64,000 bases of DNA from Ptychomitrium polyphyllum (taxonomy: Eukaryota), in contig OZ316775.1 in assembly GCA_973851085.1 (NCBI GenBank), positions 496,001 to 560,000 of the forward strand. The letters run 5' to 3'. Under the pieces are notes generated by a model. The model was not told the DNA's origin. It did no database searches and saw only the letters and a list, made by a program, of their open reading frames with translations. How positions within the stretch are numbered: position 1 is the first letter of the stretch; each line of letters begins with the position of its first letter. Positions 1 to 11,586 of the stretch are shown here, in pieces. Position numbers and translations under genes: made by a program.

Positions 1-518
1 CACTTTTGCAAGGTTAATCCACACTGCCTCTGGAACGTTCACGATTTCATCTCCTTGACCCACTAGCCGCTGTGCAAGTAAACCTAAACCCTCTGCCACC
101 TCCGAAGGCCTGACTGCCTCACCCTGAACACCTTGGGCTTGCGCCCAGCTCCATAGCGTTTGCACATGAATCTCCGTCCCCACACTGCAGTGCACTCGAC
201 TATTTGCCGGTGATAGAACAACCTTCGGAAACGATTTCTTCAGCTGCAACCTTCCTCTTGCCGAACTCTGTACCACAGAATGCTAAATACATTGAATAAT
301 CTACCAATTCTACAAATGAATGGAAGCCAGCACATTGATGTCCATGCTCAGAACTCGCTTTGAAACAAAAGCTCACAGGTGAGAAATTCACAATTCCGTT
401 CTCAAGTTACCGTTTCTTCCTGTAAAGTTGGATGAAAGTTGATGGGAGAGCGTACCGGCACAAAGAACGCAGCAGCACAGTGTAACCCTGGTGCTGAGAG
501 CGCCATCGCCATGGTCAT
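1..518 (-). CDS. LSMT: Rubisco large-subunit N-methyltransferase-like SET-domain protein, plastid-targeted; 5' part only, gene runs off the left edge
   Basis: Not in the ORF track. Exon 518-411 (MTMAMALSAPGLHCAAAFFVPVRSPINFHPTLQEET, transit-peptide-like), GT-AG intron 410-268, exon 267-1 open to the edge: ...VQTLWSWAQAQGVQGEAVRPSEVAEGLGLLAQRLVGQGDEIVNVPEAVWINLAKV. This matches the N-terminal SET segment of plant LSMT (VQTFWxWL...EGLGLVA...EIPxxLWIN). Confidence 0.85.
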
Positions 519-765
519 AGCTGTGCAGAATCTTAATGCAAAAAATGCTCTGTTGCAGAATCCTCATTCATGAATGCAATACAAGGATGCCAACTGCAGT
601 TACGTTGTCCAAAAGAATAAGGCCCCGGTTAGGTTCCAATCCCACACGGTTACAATATAACCCGCATAAATAATAACCCCCGATTCAACCACGCATTCCA
701 AACAAAGGCCTTACCCACATCACTCGACACTCCCCACTAGTTTCCTTTCAAAGTCCACAAAACCA

Positions 766-774
766 AAACCCTAA
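766..774 (+). promoter_or_regulatory. telo-box (AAACCCTAA) upstream of the LSMT-like gene
   Basis: Exact AAACCCTAA about 250 bp upstream of the LSMT ATG. A reverse copy (TTAGGGTTT) lies at 4002-4010 upstream of PUX10. Function is inferred from the motif only. Confidence 0.4.
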
Positions 775-979
775 TCAGCTCCTGTGACGAAAAACCGAGG
801 CTCTGCTAAACCCTGATTCCTCACAACACACTGAACCTCACCTCCTCCACAACTTCCCGACATCGCCAGTTCAGACGACACAGAAATACTTATCACTGAT
901 GCCCTCCACCAAATTGCGTCACAGACACACAGACCTGAGCTTCAGAGCTGCAATCCAAATTTTCAGAAACTTGAACAGC

Positions 980-3500
980 GACGATGAGTTATACCTGAAA
1001 GAGCCGACATGAGAGACTCGACTTCAATGCCGAGGTGCAGATTCTCCAGAGCTCCAAAGCTCTCCCTTCTGAGCTCAGGCCTGGCTTGGAGATGATGCGG
1101 ACGAGGAACCATGCGGAGAACCAAGGGACCACCCTCAGACCTAATCTAGAATAACGTGAAGCTTCTCTAGATATAGAAACATCTACAGAAAAAAAGCAGC
1201 AACTAGATGTGACGAAGTTCAACTTTTTGAGGGCGATGTCCGCTGTAAATTGATCTATCCTTGCTAAAGTGGAAGCTTTCAAGGTTCTGCGTTCATTAGA
1301 GAAATTCTCAGTCCTGAGTTGGCGACAAGCTGAAGCTTGATGTAACTTAGGTTGGATATCCACATCTCTTGGCTTAAGAAGCTGCGATACTAGACCGGGT
1401 ATCACATCCAATTGGCCGGTTTTACTTTGTGACGGCGCAGATTCAATTCGCTCTATACAGCCAAGGAATTGCCGCCAAGATTGTTGGAAAACCCTCGTCA
1501 TTTCTTTCCTACGGCTCTCGTCTGTTGTTTCCTAAGTCTTTCTTTGGAAGAAAGATCGTTTACATTTGAGAATCTCCAGAGGTTTTGTTCGTCTTGATTG
1601 CATTTTGTGGAGATTTTCTTATCTGGTGGTACTGAGTTTCATTTGCTTGCCAGTTTGTCAAGCATCACTGAGGCTTTTATTCATGAGCCTTAGTCGCGAT
1701 GCAATGCAAGGGCTGAGTGTGGGTTCGCTGCGTTGGGTCTCTGGACGCGCTTTGAATGAGCATGTGAGATGCAAAGTTAGTGATATGTTGTCACGGCAGT
1801 CAAAGAGGCGGTCATCATCGTGTGTGAGCGTGTGCTTGAAGCTGGTAGTGCTACAGCAGGTTGGTAAGATCGTTGGTGGTGTCTGACAAAAGTTTTGCAA
1901 TTAGAGTCGATTTGTCTGTTTTCTGTGGGATCTTGATTTTCAACCTCTGTGTCACGTAGGAGAGAAGCTTGTCTGCTTAGCCGTGTTTCTCCATATGGCG
2001 TGTAAGTTTGACCTCCGTTGTCTGCTTGAATCTGGCAAATGTTTCGGTCAGCCTGGGTTATTCGAGGTTGATGACACGATCATGTCCAAGTTTGAGCTTT
2101 CGTTCATTGAATGGTTTACGGTGTATGATGGACCACGTTACCAGGGATCATATGAGGATGCTATGAATGCCATTGATTTCTGCTGGATGTGGATGATCCG
2201 TGATTCTGGTGAGAAAGAGGAGGGATGAGCGCGACATACAAGCTCGGATAACTGCGGTAGCAGCCCGTTCAGCTTCTTCTGAAAGCGCATAGGAGAACTT
2301 GAATCTGCGAAACAGACATTCAGCTGCGAATTATTTTTAAGGGACTCTAAAATGTGCAAGGCTCCTCTATCACGCTTTGGCCCACCTAGATGCGCAACGC
2401 ATCGACTTTTGCCCTCCCTGTGCTTCGACACGTTGAGATATGTTTACGGAGAGCTAGCATTTAATCCCAGCCATATACACATATTACGCTCCTTATATGC
2501 GTACACATACAAACTGCAAATTAATGTACACCATGTAACATCTTTAGCTGCCAGGCTTCTTATCGAAGTAGTGCAATCGTGGCTTCGGCTTGAAGGCAGT
2601 ATGCACAAGCAGACTTTCACCTTCCTCGTAGTTTGGCACGTTTGTGAAAATTTTGTTGACAAGATCGTGTCTGGACAGACAAGCAAGGTTATGAGACATA
2701 CTTGCCAGAATTGATAAGGACTCTGAAGTGGTTAGGCTTCAGTAGGTAAGTTGGTTGTGTTGCTGGCTAACTTACGAAAGGATATGAAAGGGGTAACAGA
2801 TTCACTGGACAGGCAGATAGTTGGGAGTGGAGTGGAGAAGATATGTGGTTAGATAGACGTGGTTTTGAAGTCCAGGCTATCTCATAGACGAGAAGCAGCT
2901 TCAGGCTTCTAGTTTGACTCTATCTTGTGAACACGCATATGAATCTGTTATAAAGGAGAAAATTGCAGTATGTGTATCTTGTAACGTCAGGCTAACGTTC
3001 CGATTAAATTCCTAACAAGCTGGATTTCTGAAATCAACCCTCGTTCCTCAAGGCACCCTGAAGATGTTTCTTCACCACAAGGTCAATTCAGACCGCCAGA
3101 CAAGTCAGACGATAGAAGGCTCAGCGCAGATGAGTTGTATCAAATCCTATCGTTCTGAGCTGAACTATAGTTGAGATCACAGAGAACATGAACAACGGCC
3201 ATGAAGCATCATTGCACTCGAAAGAGCTGAAATGGTAGGAATGCAGCGAACTTCATGCGAATGTATAGATTCTCTAAACCTTCACATGAATTCACGAATT
3301 GAGCTGGATTCGGGCTGGAGATGATGATCGAAGCTTGAAATGAGGAACCGCCTGAGAACCAATTTTCTGCACAGGCATCCAATGTTTTCGATTGATACTT
3401 ATATGATAGTAACGCGATAATATTACGAGACACAGGTGCTACTGAGGCGGGTATCTGGGAAAATGGACAAGAGAGGATGACTTGTAAGACTTGTAAGACT
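980..3500 (+). pseudogene. possible decayed coding region, family not identified
   Basis: Coding-like composition with many short interrupted ORFs (1566-1886, 1983-2228, 2352-2714) and no convincing splice structure. No motif recognised. Confidence 0.2.
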
Positions 3501-4341
3501 TCTTCACCATCTCCGTCGCCTCCGATGCCCCTGCTTTCCCTTCCCCGCAATCTCCATTGCAGGGTATCCGTGTGAGTGAAATTTGAAGAGTGGACATCGA
3601 AAACCGCTCATTGAGAGTGTTTTACAGATCACAATCCTGCTGCCGATTGGAGTTGTGGATGTGTGATATAGTTTCTTAGTTGTTTCGCATGCACTTTGAC
3701 ACCCCCAAAATGGCGTTTCCCATCCGCTCCCTAGTGGCCCTTGTCCAGCCCTAAGTTCTCCGTGCACGTCTCGCATTTCATCCTCGCCCATGCCTCCTCT
3801 TATGCGCTCGCTGCTGTGCTTGTGCGCTCTGGTGAGTTTCACTCTCAGGGTGCCTCCACTTCTCTTCCATTGCCAATCATCGCAGCCCTCATTTAGTGGC
3901 GAATTGGCCTATGTGGTGGGTCACGTGGTTTTCAATGGGCGTCGCTCGTGCTCGTTTGGTGTATGAATGGTCCGGGATGAGCGTCTGTTTCTGGAAAGAA
4001 ATTAGGGTTTTCCGAAGAATCTCATCAATAATTCATGATCTATTTCTTTATATCTGGGTTTTAGCTGGATTGAATGTGAATCAATCCTTTCTTCCAGTAC
4101 TTTTTACTGAGTAAGAGAGCTTGGTTTTCCGGAATCAAGATGTAAAAAAACTAAAAATGCGTACATTGGAAGTTTGTATCTCTAATGACGGTGGATTTTT
4201 GTATCTTCTATGCGCAGGATTTCCCTTCTCCTGTCTATGTACGCATGTATGTATGGAATTTGACGGGGAAGTTGTTTGAACAGGTTTGTCAGAGATGTAG
4301 ACATTTGGAATCAAGTTAAGTGGATATTTGTACCTTCCATT

Positions 4342-7098
4342 ATGGCTGATAATAAGTTCGACCGTCAGAAGTTGGCATATTTCCAAGAAATTACTGGCGT
4401 GAAAGATTCGTCTCTCTCGCACGAGATTCTAGATGCTTATGGCTGGGACCTGGACTCGGCAATTCATGTCATGGTGGACAAGAACACGAATGCAATTCCA
4501 GAGTACGAGGGGAGCACACGTGTTTCCGCGCGTAGCAGTGCAGATGTGCAACCAGAACTGCAAGCTAGCACTGCAGAAACGGGTCCTGCATTGGTATCAA
4601 GCAGTTCGTCAGCTCCGCCTGTCAATTTCTTGTCTGCTAGCATCCCTGTCGATGAACAAGGAGTTGCAGACAACAGGTCGTTATTTGAGCGAATTGGGGA
4701 TGGGGAGCACCCTCACGAGAGCACTGGAGAAGTGCAGGGTCCTGATGGTACGACGTTTGTCTGGAGAGTAGTGACACTACCCTTAATTATCTTACGGGGA
4801 AGCTATAATCTCATTTATGGGGTTGTTGGCTTAGGTGTTTTGCTGGCTGGGGGGCTTTTGAGCGCTGGTTTAGGTATGCATAACTCCTCTTGGTCTCCCC
4901 TTTCTTAATTACTGGATGATAGGTCTTCACTTCTGCATGAGTGTATCATTAATGAATGAGTGAGTAGGGCTGTGCAATTTGTTCAATGGCGAAAGTGTGG
5001 CTTGTAGCGGTTATAGTTACCTCAAACCTTATACTAACATCTCTTATTCTCTCCACTGAAGACTTTATAGTAACATCTTTTAAATTTCGTTTGCTTGTAA
5101 AGTAGGGAGTGGCTCATTTTCTGAATGCTAACTTCATCTGTAACTCGCCAGTGCTGTTTTTAGTAACTACTGTTATTGGTACCCTTTTGTGTTGCATGTG
5201 TTTTTTCTCACGGATAATTTCCTGAGTTCCGAATTACTCATTTCTTGATTTTGTACTTTTGGCACTGACAGTGTCTTTTTATTGGCCAGGTGCTTTGCGG
5301 TTGAGCGGGATTCCTAGTCTGGCTGTTGAAGCTGGTTCTCAACCAAATATTTCTCCTATTGCTTCAGTACCATCAGAGGCATCTGAAGCGGCAAAATTTT
5401 TACGAGCATACGAGAGGTGTTATGGTGAATATCATCCGGAGTTTCAAGCTGTTAGCTTTATGGAAGCTTTACGGAGAGCTGGTCAGGAATTTAAGTTCCT
5501 ATTTGTGTATTTACATGACCCACAGCATGTGAACACACCGGTCTTTTGTGAGACGACACTTCGGAATGAAGCTGTTGTAGATTTCATTGATACGAACTTC
5601 ATTGCATGGGGTGCTGATGTTCACAAGACGGAGGGATATCAAATGAGTGTTAGCCTGAATGCGTCTATATATCCCTTTTGTGCGATAATTTTGGGCTCCA
5701 CCGACCAACATATTTCTGTTGTCAGACAGGTATGAGCATGTGTCTGGTTGGGGTCAAACTGCCAGCTGAAGTCATTGGCATACAGCCATTGGCATCGTAG
5801 TAGGTTTTTGTACTTAGAACCAACCTGTAGAGGTATGTTTTCCTGCTCAGAATTCTGTTTTGGGAAGTTGTTGCTCTCTTATTCTATTGGTATTCGAGTT
5901 AGGTCACTTCTAGTTCATGCTGGCTAAAATTTGAGTCTTTCACTTAGAAGGCAGCGCTAATCAAGTAGTACCTTGTTTAATAACTTAATGTAGTTGTTTC
6001 TTTTGGTACAGGCGGAAGGATTTCGGACTGCAGGAGAGTTGATGACACTGTTACAGAATGCAATAGAAGAGCAGAGCGGTCCCTTGATTGCTGGACGGCA
6101 AGAGAAAGAAGCACGGGATTTGAACTGCCGGTTGCGTGAAGAACAAGACGAGGCCTACAGAATAGCTCTTCAGGCTGACCAGGTTCATTATTTTGGTTCT
6201 TCATTTTTTTTTTCGAAGTGGAAATTTTATGCAGTCAGGTTGAGTATGTAGTCCTCTTGCTCTTATACTTGCTACCGAGAGCTTGAAGAAAATGTTCTCT
6301 AGCACTTTGCGCAATATCGTAGAGAGCTCTTGATCTGAATTATGGGTTCTTTTGGATATTATGAAGAGTTTTCATTTGAAATCGTGATTGTTACTCTCTG
6401 CTGTATAAATAGTTTAAAGATGAATTCTCGAACCTGTTTTCACTTGAGCAATTTCATACAGGAGAGGGAACGAAGAGAGCAAGCCGAGGAAGACCGAGCT
6501 GCGAGAGATAGGTATGATGCAGACAGAAAGAAGGAACAGGATGAGAAAGAAGCTGCGCAAGCTGCTTACATTTTGACACAAAAAGAGGAAACCTTAGCGC
6601 AACTTCGACGTGACAAAGCTTTGAACCTTGGCCCAGAGCCACAGAGAGGAGCAGATGTTACTCATGTATGTCTACCTCTATATATCAGAATCAACTCTCT
6701 GCTTAATCTGTCTTACGTCACGTTCGAGATGCATGGTGTCATGTCATATTATCTGCTGCTCCCTTTTTCCAGCTTCATCCTTGTGAACTGTACATTGTCT
6801 ACTGAGAAGGTCCGCATCTTCATGTCTATAATTTAATGAAGTCTTGAAATTGATCTTTCTGCAGGTGGCAGTGCGATTGCCAAGCGGAGAACGTAAGGAA
6901 CGAAGGTTCATTAACACTACTAAGGTTCAAGCTTTGTATGATTACATAGAATCATTACGTAATTTCGAAGCTGACAGTTTTCTCCTCATTTCGAATTTTC
7001 CACGTGTAGTGTATGGTCCCGACAAGTTAGATTTGACACTGAAAGACGCAGGACTCCACCCCCGTATCAGTCTCTTTGTACAAGTGCAAGATTCCTAG
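4342..7098 (+). CDS. PUX10: plant UBX-domain protein (UBA-like, hydrophobic hairpin, UAS, coiled coil, UBX), PUX10/FAF2-like CDC48 adaptor, about 526 aa
   Basis: Exons 4342-4873, 5290-5729, 6012-6182, 6462-6665, 6865-7098, all GT-AG and in frame (1581 nt). Motifs: KLAYFQEITG..ILDAYGWDLDSAI (UBA-like); VWRVVTLPLIILRGSYNLIYGVVGLGVLLAGG (hydrophobic anchor); KFLFVYLH..FCETTL..YPFCAII (UAS); LREEQDEAYRIALQADQ; VRLPSGERKERRF..SNFPR..LKDAGLHP (UBX). Confidence 0.92.
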
Positions 7099-7510
7099 TA
7101 TGGTAGACTCCTGTTCTTGCCTACATGAGTTGATACTAACGCAGTTGCAAATCACTTAAGTCTTCTGCCAGAGCAGCCGGTGTATATGTCTGGCCAGTAA
7201 GCCAATACCAAACGGGTTGTTACTTGAGTTCATCAACTTGTACATCAGAACCAGTTTCAACTTAATTTTAGAACTCAACTCCTGCAAGTTCTCCATCTCC
7301 ATGTATGACACTCAAAAGTGAAACAATGTTCCATAAATTTTTTCTTACAGCTGCAAAAGCCTGCTGTGGAGACTATTACTTACTGAGAATCTAGGGGCCG
7401 CTCATCAAGCTGGCATTCATATCGCACGTCTCAGCTTCTACTTTATTACTAAATTTAATTTTTGGTAAACAAACCCTGGAGACAAATTTTGAAAGTTGAC
7501 CAATCTTCTT

Positions 7511-7595
7511 ACTCAAATTTCCCCACTCAATTTACCCACTCAATTTTACCCACTCAATTCACCCACTCAATTTACCCACTCGATTTACCCATTCA
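7511..7595. repeat. tandem repeat, about 13-bp unit TTTACCCACTCAA, about 6 copies
   Basis: Seen directly: ...tttccccactcaa tttacccactcaa ttttacccactcaa ttcacccactcaa tttacccactcga tttacccattca. Confidence 0.9.
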
Positions 7596-8176
7596 GCGCG
7601 AAGGAGAAAGGTGTGAAAATTATTTCTGAAATCTAGCGAATTTGGGGAGCCACAATATTCCAGTGAACTCACAAAAACACCAAGAGTAATGCATGTTACT
7701 TGCGACAACAATTAAGATTAGTAAAACTTCATTTCTGTTTCAGTTGTGGACTGTCAGTGTTCTCTCGCTCACCCCAACAGTCTTCCAATGGATCATCAAC
7801 CAGTTCCGGTAATCTTGATGATCCTCGCAACGTTGGACGTCATTTGAAACGCAAAGCCTAGTCTCACAGAAGCTCAAGTCAGGCTCCTCACAGATGAGCA
7901 CCTGGTTATCTTGCTTGTTTGCTACCAATCCCACATGCTGGTGTAATGATAGCCCTGTCTTTGCAGTGATATTAGGTTAGCCCTCTGGCCAGGCTTTTGG
8001 GTTGCGGAGATCACTCAAGCGTGTACCAGTGAAAGCGATTGTGAGCTCAGAGGGAGGGTTTTTGTTGTTGGGGTTTCTGGAAAAAGGCTGGAGTTACGAG
8101 TTCACATCGAGGTGTTAAGTCGAGCAGTCAGTGATGCGCTTCAGGGTTTGTTGTTGTGGAGCATGAGTGTAGAGCA

Positions 8177-11100
8177 ATGCAAATAGAGATGGAAGAGGAG
8201 GCTCCTCCCACGCCGGCGGTGCTCGAAGGGGCGCTGTCTAGCACGATACTGGACTTGGACCAGACGGAGCAGCACCACCACCACCACAGCTTTGGGGCGA
8301 ACCAGTATGGGCGGGAGACTCAGAACCATCACCGCGAGGGGAATATGGACGAGGGGGACGTTGGGGGGAGCAGTGGCGGAGGGGCAGGTGTTGGTGAGGA
8401 TGAGGATGGGTTGGACGCAGAGGGGAAGGAGCGGGGAGAGAAGGAAGGGGAGGGCATGGCGAGGAAGCGACGCGCGGAGATTTGGCAGGATACGGAGATG
8501 GACGCGCTCGTGAGGGCGTTCCGGGAGGTGCACATGAAGCTCACGTCGGCAGCCGGGACAGGGAAGAAGGTGAAGCAGGTGTTCAAGTCGGCGAATGATA
8601 AGTGGCAGGAGGTGCGGACGCTGCTGCTGGCGTCGGCAGTGGACAGGCAGCCGAAAGAGATTGAGCGCAAGTGGTCGAATCTGTCGACTGCGTTCAAGCA
8701 GATTGCGGATTGGAACAAGAAGCAGGGGCGCCCGAGTTACTGGGACTTGGACGAGAGTCTGAAGAAAGAGAAGACCAAGGCGAAGGAGCTGCCTGCGACA
8801 TTCAGGGTGCAGCTTTTTGATGCCATGGCTGAGTTTATGGGCGATCGCCAGGGCACTCGGAGCCGGTCTCCAGCTCAAGCTCAAGCACAAGCACAAGCAC
8901 AAGTGGGAGCCTTAGTGGCCCTTCCAGGTCCACTGCCTGGCCTCTCTCGTCCACCTCCTGCTCCAGGTGCCTACCAAACTCGTAGCTTTGTCTGCGCTTA
9001 CTTGATATTCTTTCTTCAGGATAGGGATCCTTATGAGGGTTTGTACTCATTTTAGGAGTGTTTCAGGTTCTCATCACGTTTGAGAGGTATGCAAGAATGG
9101 TGATTAAAGTTGTTCTGAATTGGAATATGACAGTGGTTGTGACTATGGGAATGTGTGCAGGGGTTGTGGAGGTACCATTGCCTATGGAGAAGCTCTCTGT
9201 CCATGCCAACCTTTTAGATGCTGCAAATCAGTACGTTCTGTTGTTGTTTGAGGAAAAATGTTGATGTTACTGACTTGACTAGAGAATTGAAGTCTCTAGA
9301 TGGGAGTTGAGAAGAAGTGCAGTTAGGTCAACAGTAAAGGTCTGTGTTTGGCCACTTTCTGAATCCACCAGAATATGTCTTCTAGGGCGTTCGGTACATT
9401 AGATAATATGTATTTAGTATTTAGGGTCAGCTGGTAACATGTCTTGAAGTGAGGCCTCATGCATCTATGATTCTTCTGTAGCAAAAGGCGACGGGTTGTT
9501 ATTCTAGCTCCAGGGAGCTTCAATCCACCGACATACATGCACCTTCGCATGTTTGGTAAGTTCATCTTCTGTTTCGCGTTTTTGCAGGTTTACTTTGTCC
9601 CATGAATACTTAGTGTTAATTATAGAATGTTTTGTTGTATGAATATTTGCTTTATTGCAGTTGCGGAAAGTAATCTACGATTTGTGCATGCAGAGTTGGG
9701 AATGGACGCACTGACAGCAGAAGGATATCATGTGCTGGGGGGCTACATATCTCCTGTTAACGATCTTTACCACAAGAAGGTGCCGTTCTATTCTTCTTGA
9801 GGAAATCTTGTTTTTTTGTGGTTTGAAGTACTTGGTTCCCATTGGTCTTGTTAATACTGTGGCAAAGATGATCCACAGAAGAAGGTTTGGACTCATCTTT
9901 TCTTAGCGCAGATTTAATTTCAATCTGGATTCCGAAGCTTCATTTCTAGTGTAACTTAGCTGTATCTAAGTTCTGATCTGTACACTTGTGAAAATGTCAA
10001 GGGTCTTGTTCCTGCAGAGCACCGTATCAGGATGTGCGAGTTGGCAGTTGCTGACTCACCTTTTATAATGGTCGATTCTTGGGAGGTGAGTTTGGCATAG
10101 TTCTTACTTCTAGTTCCATGTCAGTTCCAAGTTTATCTCTTGCATTGTTACCTGTACCGGTGTCTGAAGGTAGCATCCTGGGTGGGGTTGCTTGAAGTAG
10201 GCGAAGCAGAATTCGTATCAAAAAACGCTCACTGTGCTGGCACGCATCGATATGGTCGTCAATTTCAATAACTTTGCCTCCGACGGTAAGTCTTTTTGTT
10301 CCTCTGAATACCTTGGGTGCTTGTATTTATATGAAACCCCTAGTTCACAATTAGTTGCTGTTCCTGCTTTTTTCAGTAAATATCTTTGTGCCATGCGAGA
10401 TCTTTGTCAGATTGTGCTACTAAATGATATTGCGATTGTTTCTCAGAAAAAGTAAGAGTGATGCTGCTCTGTGGAAATGACCTGCTTGAGTCTATTACAA
10501 GTCCAGGCGTATGGATACCGGACCAGGTTAGTTTTTGTTTCTGGTTTTAGATTCTTATTGCCGATCCTCACATTGTGTACTTCAAATGGGACGACCTAAT
10601 TCTGTTCTGTTCAAATAGAATGTGATGCAACTTGCCTTTGATATTCTGTAAGGCATGTTACGTAATGGTGTGATGTTCTTGAGCCTTGCCTTCAGTCTCC
10701 TTGCTATGTGAACAAGATACGGTAGATCACTTCTCATACCTGCAGGTCCGAACCTTACTGCAAGAATATGGAATTGTGTGCATAAATCGAGATGGCAAGG
10801 ATGCACGACGCCTTGTGTTCGAACACGAAATCCTGTATAATAATCGAGTGAGTAATCTTGGTCACCAAAATTTGTTTAGAATGCAGTTATTGGTTGTTGA
10901 GCATTTATACGGATATGTAATTTTTTGAATTAGGAACAGGTTGTTTTAGAGTTTTTGAACAGATGATACTGTCGACAAGTACGTATTATGCATGTCTAAT
11001 TTTTTTAATCATATGGTTGATAAAGTTGATGCAGATTGTGGATTTCATATTAAGTCGTGGGAGCTCTATTATGTCCGTATGGTGTTCGCAATGTAGCAAT

Positions 11101-11586
11101 TTTCGAAGTTGTTAAGTAGCTGCTCATATCTCTTTATTTTGTATGCAGAGACAGATTTTGATTGTGGATGAGGTCATTCAAAACAATATAAGTGCAACAG
11201 TAATCAGGTATTTTCGGAAACCTTCTTTTCTTTTTACTTCTGGGCATTTTTTGACCATTAGCATGGCTGTGCATTTAGTGCCTCACCACACATTACTGAC
11301 ATCACTCTTGGACATTTCTGCAGAAAAATAACTGTGACGATAAGCAAATGGATATCCTTCGTATTTATCTAGTATGTAGATTTCTATTCAGCAATAACAT
11401 AGTTTAAAGCGAGGGAGACATTTTCTGCTGTTCTGCTGCGCGGCCTCCACACTAACACCCAGCATTATTTTGTGCAGGCGAAATCTGTCCCGAGATTTAT
11501 CTGTGAAGTATTTGATACCTGATGCAGTAATCAGCTATATCAAGATGCACCGACTGTACATGAATGTTCCTTCTCTTCAGTCCTGA
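8177..11586 (+). CDS. NMNAT: chimeric protein: N-terminal trihelix (Myb/SANT-like) DNA-binding domain fused to nicotinamide/nicotinate mononucleotide adenylyltransferase; predicted 512 aa, 10 exons
   Basis: Exons 8177-8966, 9161-9230, 9482-9555, 9694-9779, 10002-10085, 10201-10285, 10447-10526, 10746-10847, 11149-11207, 11478-11586. All are GT-AG with matching phases, total 1539 nt. Exon 1: RKRRAEIWQDTEMDALV...KWQEV...RQPKEIERKWSNLSTAFKQIADW...SYWDL...ELPATF (trihelix). Exons 2-10: VEVPLPMEKLS..VVILAPGSFNPPTYMHLRMFE..VLGGYISPVNDLYHKKGL..AEHRIRMCELA..MVDSWEA..VMLLCGNDLL..PGVWIPDQ..YGIVCINRDG..NISATVIR..LSVKYLIPDAVISYIKMHRLY (plant NMNAT). Each domain call is strong; the exon 1-2 join is predicted. 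Confidence 0.85.
8872..8902 (+). repeat. coding hexamer repeat GC(T/A)CAA x5 encoding an (AQ)5 linker
   Basis: gctcaagctcaagcacaagcacaagcacaa between the trihelix domain and a Pro-rich linker. Confidence 0.85.

Noticed and set aside
7511..7595. CRISPR-like array
   Set aside because: Units are contiguous 13-mers with no unique spacers, in a eukaryotic context; it is a minisatellite.
8141..8902. 253-aa minus-strand ORF
   Set aside because: Antisense shadow of the GC-rich trihelix exon; no recognisable motif.
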